A model generated the notes under the pieces. That model worked only from the letters and a program-made list of their open reading frames with translations, made no database searches and was not told where the DNA came from. DNA of 62,353 bases, the filler included, from Choristocarpus tenellus KU-1152 (Eukaryota; Protista; Phaeophyceae): the NCBI GenBank assembly GCA_964200185.2. It is 10 parts of 10 records of this genome, joined end to end, with 100 filler letters (N's around TTAATTAATTAA, not from the genome) between each part and the next. Parts side by side here need not be neighbours in the genome. Positions count along the whole stretch, not along the records: positions 37,527 to 40,034 come from CAXNAD020027223.1; positions 40,135 to 62,353 come from CAXNAD020000297.1; 8 more parts are not named here. One strand, given 5' to 3'. Below, piece by piece: positions 38,505 through 49,801 of the stretch. How positions within the stretch are numbered: the stretch's first letter is position 1; every line of letters starts with the position of its first letter. Position numbers and translations under genes: made by a program.

Positions 38505-40033
38505 CTAGAGATAAGGGGGATGAACCCCATTACCATAGCTGCTTTCGAGCAGTTAAAAATTAAACTCCAGGAGGTAGGCATCAATCTAAACATGGACAAG
38601 ACATTTGCCGCACCTCCCCAGGACCACCAACCCACGCCCTCGGAACTAGAGCTCCTTTCCACAGCAGGAATCAACCTAGCCCCGAACCCCAGTGGTTTTG
38701 TCACTCTAGGAGCTCCAGTGGGAACAGATGACTTCATTCGAGCTCCCATGGTGGAGGTGATAGAGAGCTCTGGAACACGAGCTTTAGCCACACACCTAAG
38801 CGAGATGGAGGACAAGCAGGTGGCCTGGCTCCTCAACTTCTGGTCCCTCTCCTCCCGGCTAGGCCATCTTGTGAGTGTCACTCCCCCCCTCCTGGCACGC
38901 TCCACCATGGAGGAAGCAGACAATACCTCCCTGTGGACACTAGAGAGAATAATGGAGATAGCCGATACGACAGAGGCGACAGATTTCTTTGAGGGAGGGT
39001 GCAACAATAGGTCTCTCCGCCTAGAGACCCACCAACAAGTACAGGTACAGATGCCTACAAGTGCGGGGGGTCTAGGTCTCTCTGCCTAGAGACCCACCAA
39101 CAAGTACAGGTACAGATGCCTACAAGTGCGGGGGGTCTAGGTCTCTCCTCTATGAAACACCGCCAACATGCAGCTTTTTTAGTATCACTGGTGGCTACTC
39201 TCACCACCCTCCTAGCAAGGCAGCGAAGGCCTCGTGGCGAGTCCTTCTCACAGGCTGTATGCACAAGCCCTACAATACAGGCCTTAGGATCGTCCATACA
39301 CACTTCTCCTTTCTACAGGTGTCCCCTCAGAAGACCTGGCTGAAATTATTGGCCAAGACTGGGTAACTTGGGGTGGAACAGCACCACCTGCACCTGCCCC
39401 AGAGGTCCACATCCTGGCAACTCATGACGCCAGGATCACAAGGAGGGCTCAGCACGAGATCACACGCCTCCTCAACAAGATCCGTTTTGACTCCTTCAGG
39501 ACACAGTTAGCTGATCTTCCAAATGAGGCACACCAAGGGAGGGAAAGCTCTTCATTAGCCCTAGCACGCCACCGGAGCCAGTGTGGACAAGGAGCAAACG
39601 CCTGGGCCTCGACGCAACCGCTGTAACCAGCACGCCAGATCCCCCCTCAGGAATTCAAGCTCACAGTCAGCAGATCCCTAGGGAGAGAGGAGGCCCTATC
39701 GAACAGGTGCCCAGTGGGAGGGTGCAGGAGGCAAAATGTCGACACCAGACATGCCCACACCTGCTCCAGGGCAGGGGGACAGGTACGACAACACACCTTC
39801 ATGGTCAAACGTCTTGGCCAACTATGCAAGGGGATGGGCATCCCTTGCACTATGGAGGATGGTAGCTCTTTCACTGTGGACAGGAATCTCCACATGGATC
39901 TGGTGTTCCACGCAGGGGCACTAGCAGACGCCGGAACAGCTCCCTACAGGGACAAAGGTCTTCTGCTGGACGTCACCTTCGCAGAGGTACAGGCAACCTC
40001 TCACCTCACCCACTCATCCACCAGCAATAGAGT
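38505..40033 (+). mobile_element. Non-LTR retrotransposon, early-branching RLE type (CRE-like), 5'-truncated and frameshifted
   Basis: RT C-terminus GINLNMDKT, TLGAPVGTDDFI, MPTSAGGLGL; zinc knuckle CPVGGC..HAHTC; restriction-like endonuclease motifs RQH, HMDL, LLLDVT; runs into the gap. Confidence 0.8.
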
Positions 40034-40189
40034 ANNNNNNNNNNNNNNNNNNNNNNNNNNNNNNNNNNNNNNNNNNNNTTAATTAATTAANNNNNNNNNN
40101 NNNNNNNNNNNNNNNNNNNNNNNNNNNNNNNNNNCCCCCCAGATACTTTGACCCTCACTTCCGATCCAGGTGCCCACAAATCAAGAAGC

Positions 40190-41879
40190 AGAAGGCGACT
40201 GAAGGAGATATTACTTGCTTTGTATGTGGGGAATCAGGTAACCAAAGATTTGAATGTTCACAAAGAAAGTTTCCTGCGCCAAGAGGTCTAGACTCTCAGA
40301 ACTTCCTCAGGAACAAGAATCGGGTAGGAGAAAGTGGTTGTGGTAATAAGGGAGCAAGAATGAAATCGGACGGATTGATGCAAGGAGATCAAGAATACAC
40401 TTGACCAAAAATACCAATGCGTCGCTGGATGTGAATGTGTTAGACACGCGATTAGGTGATGTTCATCAGGGGTTGGACAGGAAAGACGCTTCGGCCCAGA
40501 ACATTTCATTAACTGGAATATGGGGGCCATCTTGTCGAGGTTACCCACTCGGCAAGGGTCATAGGCATCCAGTTCCAAAGGAGATGGAGAATCGTGGTGC
40601 GGTAAAAGGGGAAGATGTTTATGTGGACTCGACAGGAGCGAACACAACGTCAGAGGAGCATGTTGTGGCATCTGATGACCTCGCCCTGGAGGAGGCTAGA
40701 GGGGTCGATTCGCACAGAATGAGACTGATGGTATCAACCTAACCTACGGTGGAGCTAAGATGTCGGTCTCACTCAAGATGGGAGTGAAGGAGATGTCGAT
40801 TGTGGAGGATCAATGTTTGACACCACTGCATCAGTAGAGGATGCTGTAGCGAAGTGTACGCTTCCCCCTAAGGGGGTTGAAGTGAATGCCATAGTCCCAG
40901 GGGGAATTGTTGGGGGGGAGGGACCCACCCCAAAGATGGCATCAGCAGTTATTGATCCAAGGGGTGATATGTCACAGCCGGTGAGTGTGAGGAAGAAAGT
41001 ACTGCAAAATGTGGATCCAATAAATGACCCTACAGTTGAACCAGGTCTGGGTGGGACTATGGATGAGTCCAGTCAAGATGCTGCTAGGAAAGATCTGCTA
41101 AGTCATGTGATACCAGGAAATGCAAGGGGGTTGGTAATGGAGTCAGAGGAATGTTCCTTGTGGAATGGGGCTGTGGACCAAGTAATGGGTATACACAACA
41201 AATATTCAAGGACCCAGTTTACTTACTCATTAAGCTGGGATAAGATTTTTGACCGGGGCAGATGGATGGGAAAGGGAGAGTGCAAACGTCCAAGGCGGGA
41301 CTAGTACGGATTGGAAAAGGCGGAAAGAGTGATTGCTTATTTGTTGAGGATCAGTAAGAGGGGCTTGATTTTTGGTGATTTCAGTTTTTATGTTGATGCA
41401 TCTAGGGACCAATTTGTTGACTATGCTGATGCAGACTATGCCAATTGTGAGATTTCAATATTTTCTGTGTCTGGTGGTGTGGTGATGTTTGGGGGTGCAT
41501 GTGTGAGCTGGGGTCTAGAATGCAGAATACTGTTACTTTATCTACCACTGAGGCTGAGTATATGTCGTTCTGTGATTTGGCCAAGGAGGTTATATTATTG
41601 CAGCAAGTCCAAATTTTTCTGGAGCGACCTATGCACAAGTATTGTGTATGATTGTTTAAAGACAATAGTGGGGCAATCAAGTTGACTGAGAAGACAGCTT
41701 CGCGGGGTAGGACAAAAAAGATAGATACTAGATATCGTTATTTTAGAAACTTGGCGAAGGAGGGGAAGGCACAGATTGTGTATGTAAATTCCGGTGAACA
41801 ACATGGAGATTTGTTCACGAAGGCTTTGAGTGGTAATGTGTTTGAATTCCACACTAGAACTATCATGCAATGTGAATAA
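40190..41879 (+). mobile_element. Ty1/copia LTR retrotransposon, degenerate (gag knuckle and RNase H)
   Basis: CFVCGESG knuckle at ~40216; YADADYA, SVSGGVVMFGGACVSW, LSTTEAEY, DNSGAIKL, RTKKIDTRYRYFR, QHGDLFTKAL; purine-rich tract AAGGGGTAG directly after the stop. Confidence 0.88.
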
Positions 41880-41886
41880 GGGGTAG

Positions 41887-42482
41887 TGTGCAGAGTGAGT
41901 CATTAGATTCTTGCTGCATGGACAGAGCAGGGGAGTATGACTAGATTTTGCTTGTCCATGTGTGGGAATAAGAATCATAGTGTGCAGATTGAGTTGATTT
42001 CAAGTTGGGATTTATTGTTGGAAGTGATTTGATTCTCACTGCATAGTCAGAGCAGGGGATTGTATCAAGATTATGCTTGGCCATTTGTGAGAATATGCTT
42101 TGAAGTAATATTTTATGTGCGCATAGAGGATGATGCAGGACATCAAAGATATTTAGGCGGGCTCGTTCATATGCATAAGAATTTGGATTATCCTCTACAT
42201 CTTTCGACAATAAATCCATATCTATTTTTGTCGAGGGTTTATTTCTTCCTACTTTAGCTTCTATATTTTTGCGGGGTATTTGACCAGAAGCAATTGACAG
42301 ATTGAGTCAGAGTGTTTCTGACGTGTGCTAGAGAACTGTTGAGTTATTTGGTATTCTGAGTCATTTACTGTGAGGCTTGGTGTTCCCCATCTAAAGATGG
42401 TTTCTCACTCTCTTCTCAACTGTGATACAAGTTATTAAACAATAATATAACTGTTGTGGGACAACAGATCATCAAGGACAGC
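41887..42482 (+). repeat. Probable 3' LTR of the copia element
   Basis: Begins TG immediately after the polypurine tract; related sequence recurs inverted at 42529-42841. Right boundary uncertain. Confidence 0.55.
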
Positions 42483-45400
42483 TCCACAAACCTCCACTTG
42501 AGGAAGGTCGTGTGGCAAGCTGTGTTAGGCTGTCCTTGACGATCTGTTGTCCCACACAACCAGTTTTATTATTGTTTATAACATTATCACAGTTGAGAAG
42601 AGAGTGAGACACCATCACTAGACGGGGCTCACCAAGCCTTACAGTAAATGACTCAGAATACCAAATGACTCAACAGTTCTCTAGTACACGTCAGCAACAC
42701 TCTGACTCTAACATTCCACCGATTACTTCAGGTCAAATACCCTAACCCTAAATATCTTTAATGTCCCGCATCATCCTCTATGCGCACATAAAATATTACT
42801 TCAAAGCATATTCTCACAAATGGTCAAGCATAATCTTGACAAGGTGCGCGTCCATCCAAGCCATAAACCTCAAATCTCTTCTGGAAGATCTGATACACCT
42901 TATCATTCATTCCAACATCTGTTCTAATAATGGTTGAGGCAATGGGAGAGGATGAACATATTTTTATTACAGGTAGGAGGTTCTTGGTTATGCACGCAAA
43001 AAAAAATTCGGTGCTTTATTATTCCACCTACACTATATCACACCTCTGAGCATGATGCTCACGACATGCGTTTGGTTGGCAGACCCTCTTGTTGGTGTGC
43101 GGGTCCAAGTAGTGCTTGCCCTTGGTCTCATTATGGTTCCAGATTAGACCGTAGGGTATGGGTTTGCTGTTGGTCTCCCATACGTTGAGTGCAAGGAGGT
43201 GGGTTTCTGGGTGTTAGTGTTGAAATAGTGGAAAGAGTCGTCTCGCTTGGCATTGAACATTGTGGACCTGCCAATGTTCAAAATCGTTGTTTGTTGCCAC
43301 TGTTTAGATTGGGCATATTAAATCTCCAAGTAGCACTTCAAAGCAAAACATCTGTTAGGTTGAGAGAAACAAGTACCTACCTGGAATGAGGTGATGTTAA
43401 ATGGAGGCCCACTGTTGAGGCGCCATCACTGGTCTTAGTTGTTAAGGTACATTTGTCAACCACAAGTAACAAGAGAAAGAGCTTCCTTTTCCCACCTCTG
43501 TTCCATCTGATGCTCCTGATCTTGGAGGAATAGGTTTTGCTTGTGCACCAACGTTTTGAGTGTTTCTGTCACAACCTTGTATCGCTTAGCTTGAACTAAA
43601 AGACTGACTCATAGATTGTGGTGATCCTGTCTTGTAGGAGTTTGACATCAGGTGCTATGCTATGTCTATGAGGATAGTGTAATACACTTGGCGGGTGTGC
43701 TCAGTGTTCAAATCGTTCTTGATGATGTTGAGGAAGGTCTTGACTTGACTGTCTGGTGTTGAGGCACGCTTTCTCTCTGGGAGAGTACATCCTGCAAACC
43801 TTTGCCATTGGCGCAAATCTCTGTCCCTTGTTCAAAAAGCATTTGGCAATATTGTGCCATGTATTCCTATCCCCCTCCCCCTCGTCATGTCTTTGTTCAT
43901 CTAAAAGCAACTGAGTAAAGTATTCAAAGTATAGCATCCATCTTGACCTTCGAAGAGCACACAGAAGTTAGTTTTCAAGATCTGCTGACTCCTGTCTCTT
44001 CCTGATGTGACAGATATGTGAGACAGGTGAGTGTACATTGGCATCAGAAGAAGAGGGTCAGAAAAGAGACATACATGTGTGTGAGTGGAATAGGGCAATG
44101 AATACACTCCTGTGAAAGCTGAAGATTGACAAGTGTGAAAGTGTTTTGGGAATGTAGGCAAGTCCAACCAAACCAAGATGTGCACGAAGTGATTTCTTAT
44201 AAAATATCACCAGAATGTCAAAATCCTTAATGTCTTGTATTGTTGGATTTTGATCATTTCTTGGGGTTTTAAAAGAAGTATTATGTGCAAGGACTGAATA
44301 AAGTGTTTCTGTAATCAATGGAGTGTGTGAAAATATTCCATATTGTCAAAATCCAAAACATTTCGGATTCTAATGTTTGGAGGGTCTGTGGTGTGTTTGA
44401 GGGGGAGCTATGATTGGTCTGTTAATTTTTTTCTCAAATCTGAAATGTTCGGATTTTGACATTTTGATGATTATGTGTAGCGTCAAAGATGAGGAACCTG
44501 AATAGGATGCAGGAAGGAATGTGACTGTAAATGATGAAGTGTTGTGTAGTGGAAATATTGAAAAAGAGCGAAACCCAAGATTGATAGAGCGAAACAGTTA
44601 ATACCACAGGATATGTTGAAGAAGTGCTACAGATTACTAAAAATAATGTTATATCAAAACAATTAAAAATGCATTGAATCAAACCTCATGAATTGAAAAT
44701 TTCAGATAACCCCCATATTAGAGTTGATTGGGTATTACAACCTCCATGATTTGTCATGTTAGAGTTTGCTTTTGGAATTTGTAAGCATTTTTGTAATATG
44801 TGTAACAAGTGTGTGCGAGATAGGATACAATGTATGTGGTGTTGTTGTTGTGTGGGCACAATCATTATCCATATGAGGTGATGATCAACGGGGCTAATAG
44901 ACCATTTTTGGATTGTTTTTTTATGATACCGTCTAGTCAATGATTTGACATTTGGTCGGGTTTGTTTGATTGATTGCAAAACATTTGAGTTTTGGTGTGC
45001 GGTTGGTTATGTGTTGAGATATTTGTGTTGTATGGACACCAAATGAGCAGGATGTGTGGTCTCCGAATTATGGATTTCCTAGAACATCTATCGTTGATTT
45101 GTTCATCATAAACTCTAATTGACAATGGCTTTTCTCTTCTGTTTGAAAAACTTTGGAGTTTTGTTGTGTGTGGAGGGTCATATTTTGAGATTTTCAGTGC
45201 TAAGAGTGTGACAAAGGAGGCATATATTTTGGGACAAGCAAATCGGTAACATGAAGGTGATATATTGAATGGTGGGACGACTGGGGAAGTGTGCCATTTG
45301 TGTTTGCCTGTTTGCCATTTTGTTTTCTGTAGTACATCTTGATTGTGGCTGAGATGAAGAGTGAGGTGTGGGGGTTGGATGTGGTTTGTTCCTTCGATTT

Positions 45401-48400
45401 TTTTTTTATATTTTGCATTTTTTTCTATATTTTCGGAACTGTGAACTGGAAAAGGGAGTACACATACAGGTCTCTAATCAGTACACTGGTTCTATCGTGG
45501 TGTCAAGTTATCACAAGATGTGATGTTTTTGATTAGTAAGTGATATAAAGTGTGATGTATTCGTTTTCAGCAGGGCTTTTCACTAGACCAGGCAGTTAGC
45601 ATGTCCACTATCGGTCATATGGTCACAGACCGGCCAGTGGCCTGGTCATGTTGAAACGTTCGATGGCCTTGGACTCGGTCATGTTTGAACTTGGTTGTAC
45701 ATGCCCAACCAGTGAGTGGCCTGGGTCATGTTGAGTAAGCGATGGCCATGGACTCAGCCATGTTTGAACTTGTTTAATATGGCCGGGCAGTGGTCCCAGT
45801 TTTGTTGGGTAAGCAATGGCCATGGATTCGGGCATGTTAGAACATTTTATCTATGGCCGGTCAGGTATTATGTTTTTTACGTTCAGGGCCGTCACATCAT
45901 GACCATGCCTCGTATTTCCCATCCACTATTTCTGAATTTTGCATCCTAAACTACTTACAACTACTGTAAGTGTGAAGGCGCCATACCTCTCTGTGAAAGG
46001 GGACAATTACAATCACCAGACTGAACTCTTCCACCTCAGAGGGTGGGACCGAGTTTGACAGGTCTTGGCCCAGCATCTCAAAGTCAGTTGAGGAAATCAA
46101 GAACAGAATAAAACCTTAAGTGTACAACAGATTTCACAGAAGGACTGAGCAACGTCACAGCAGGGAAATGGATCAGTCAGCATCAGAATGGATGTTTGTT
46201 CTGACAGTCCTTCTGACTGTTTGGTCAAATCCGAATCTCATGGGTGTGTCTGGTTCATTGGACTGGTTGGTATGGGCAAGTTCCAATGACGTGGTTGGTG
46301 CACGCATGTGTGTATGGTTGTGTGTGATATCCACAAAATGTGTATGTCAGAGATCCCAAGAAAAGAACCTGTTCCTGACATAAGAAAATATATTTGATGC
46401 ACTCTATTTTGCTGTTTTATTAGACTCCTGAAATTTCAAATCAAATACAATGATGTTGAGTGTTTGAGTTGACATGTGATTCGTCATTTGTGTGGCAATA
46501 CCTCAAATTCACACTTTGCTCATTGTCAACACTCATCGTTTCTCACCCCTGTGTTAACTGTGAGTACCACGGAGTTCAGTTCACACAAACCTTAACCTCA
46601 CCCTTAGAGGACAGACGTTGGGCAAAGACGATTGAGTTGCAATGAGCAACAGCAGGGATACTGAAAGCAGTGATACTGCCTGTAGTGGAGAGAGTTAGCG
46701 ACAATCTTAGTGACTGTCGTACAGCATTTCTAGTGGCAGTGATGACGCTAGCATTAGCGACACTGGCAGTCATGCTCTAGAGGGTGCCCAGATCAGGCTA
46801 GGTTGACAGCTCAATCTGCCAAGCCAACTCTGCAGAGTGTTGAGTTCGGTACATCCACTGACGGATTCACACAGCCCTCTGCTCTTATGAACCAGCAGAA
46901 GGTACCTAGGCGTGCTCAAAAGCACTATGTTGGGGCAGATATTATTGGAAAGCGAAAGAGACCCAATAGCAAGTTATCTCCGATCTTCAAGTTCTTCAAA
47001 ATCACAGGTAGCACTGAAGGCCCCAAGGCATAGGCTCAGATGGGGTCCCAACTCAAGACTCAAAACAAAGGAGGTGAGGAAAGAAAGCAAAAAAGGAAGA
47101 AATATGCGGTGTGTGGTTTGACCAAGGGCAAACAGGAAACAAAATTCTTACACATCATCTTCACCCTGCACACCAGAGGAATTTGATGTCTACATGAAGG
47201 AAAGCAAGTGGTTGAGGATGACTAAAAATAGCAGGGTTGGAGCTATTTTAGCCAACTTTCTGTTTGATTTTTTCCTTTTTTTGTTGTTTATATTTTGTCT
47301 ATGACTTTGAGCCCCTTAGATTTTGAACTTTTAATGATGTACTGTCTCTCGGAGAGACAGTACCTCACCTCTTCAAAACGTAAAAAGTAGATCTTGCAAC
47401 ATGTAACTGATGGTTTATCTTTTTTGTTTATGCCTTCTCTACTAATGCCCTACATAATATGGTTATAGTTTACGTTTTGCTCATGTCTTTGCACAGGTAA
47501 TGGCATGGAAGGGATCACCCAACCCATGTGTGAACACGTCATGTACAATCTAGGTACAATCAATGACTCAACAGCATATTTGTCATCAAGATTCTCAAGC
47601 TGTATGTGGAGGTTCAGAACAGTGATCTTCAAATGTTGCCCTTGTAATATAAAGAGTGCCTAAGGTTTGGGTACTCAAGACCTTTTGCGGGTTTTGGCTC
47701 AACCTCACCAGTGTTGCCGCAGTGCAGTCAGTACTCCAAGTATGATTTTCCAGGGAACCTTTCCAGCATCAAGCACATTTCCCTGGGAACTGTACCTTTT
47801 TTCTGGGCAGCACACCCATTCAGATGTCAAGTTCTGGATTCAGGAGGTCAGTCGAAGATTGTCCTGTGTCATGTCCCATCATTGTATGATTATCTAAGAA
47901 GCATATACTAATAGGTAGTGAATATTTAATTTCCAATTGTATTGTATGATTTGTTTTTTATTTTGTGGTTGTAGTAGTAGTGATACTTTTTTAGCAGCTC
48001 TATGGGCAGGGCTCCCTGGTTGTCGTTCCTCAGCACCACTCATACTATTCTTCTAATATCTGTCCTGCCTGCTTACCATTATTGTTGTAGAATTAGTAGT
48101 AGCTAAGACAAGTCCTACTAGTAGCACCAGTATTGGCAGTACATAAACTGAGAAAGGTTCACACACAACATTCATGGTTACGACAAAACAAGCCAACAAC
48201 AGGCATCATCATCATTCAGTGACAAGGCCACACCTTACATACCAATAGATCACACACAAGCACACAACAATGTGGAAGTCTATTTCAAGCTCCTGACCAG
48301 TGGACAAACTAAATATGGTCACAGAACTCAACTCTGGACTCAAAATTTTTGGCATTACCACTGTTGCTGTGTCTGGCAGATCAGAAGATAATTGATGCTT

Positions 48401-49712
48401 GAATGAGGAACATGGGTCAGACTGGAAGTGGACAGACATACATGATTCATAACTCATAGTTTTGACAAATTCACAACTGTTGGGTCTCCCATACGATGAA
48501 AGTTCTGATACCAAATTGTCATCAAAATATTATGAATGTCAATACTCTAAAAAGGAACACAGTCGTAATCTTTCTGAAAGATCATTCAGCGATGAAAAGA
48601 TCTGTTCCAGTTCTTAAACACTCATCCACTAAATTCATCCTTTAAACTAAACATAAGGGCTTTTTAGAACTGTGACAGCTTTTCTTATCCCTGAACATAA
48701 TTGTGTTGATTTTATTGTGTTCAGTTTTCTTCAGGTAAGAAAATTGTTGTGTAGACTATTTTGCATCTCTGAGAATTGTCACATATATTCTGACACAACC
48801 CACCCACCGCAACAACAGAGTGAAGTAGGTATACTGAGGACAATAACACAGTGCGAGATTAGGTCCTTCCAACAAGCTCCCTACCAATGACAGACTACAG
48901 TAGTAGGATTATAGGAAATAATATTTCAGTTCCATCTTGGTAAACTAACTCTACAGCAAAAGAAATATAAATCTAGATAATATTGATCTGACTTCCAATG
49001 AGTCACTTTGAATAAAAAATATGTGTTTTGCATCGGATTTTATAGGAGTCAAAGGCAGGAGGATTGAGACAGATGCATACTTGGCTTGGTATAAATGAAA
49101 ACCTCACATTGAAATTTTACTGATTGTGTTGCGTATCTGTTGGTGACATGGGAGGAGCTCCAGTAGATACAAAAAACAAGAAAAGGCAATTTTGTTGATT
49201 AACTCTACTGAATAATGGAATAACAGTACAACTGTAGTTAGGAAACAGGGCCTTCAGCGAATAAATAACCAAGGACTGCAATGAGTCTATGGTCCTTTTT
49301 TGTCAGAACATGCTGTAATGATGTGGCAACTTTTCTTATCTTTTTTGTACAAATTCATAGGCAGTGTGTATGTTAATTCCTATGCATAGGACGATTTCTT
49401 GCTATTGTATGTGGTAGAATTTACCTTTTCCCATGCCTTGTGGAGCCTTGACATATCATTTATGGAGTGATGTTCATCTGTATGACATGTAACCTACCAA
49501 CTGAGGGAGTAAAATGCATCACGTTGCATATATCCCTCATTTTCTGACCATACATCTTTTGATCAGAAGGATTATTTCACCTAAAACTGTCCTCTTTGGA
49601 GTGGGCTCACTGAAGCTTTGATGTCTAGAAGACATGCAGCAGGGTTAATTTAATTCTCTTTTCGACCTCTTTAACAGTAAGATATTTTTTGAACTCCAGT
49701 TTTGGAAACCCT

Positions 49713-49801
49713 ACTTCCTTACACGATGGAACCAAAGCGAAGCCTGTGCATGGGGCAACTTCCTTAAACGATGGAACCACAGCGAAGCCTGTGCATGGGG
49801 C
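49713..49801 (-). repeat. 45-bp tandem duplication spanning the AdoMetDC stop codon
   Basis: ACTTCCTTA(C/A)ACGATGGAACCA(A/C)AGCGAAGCCTGTGCATGGGGC at 49713 and 49758; two mismatches. Confidence 0.95.

Noticed and set aside
46480-46640. Possible second hAT dimerisation-domain remnant on the minus strand (similar weak signal at ~59000-59160)
   Set aside because: Too degenerate to support without a profile search.
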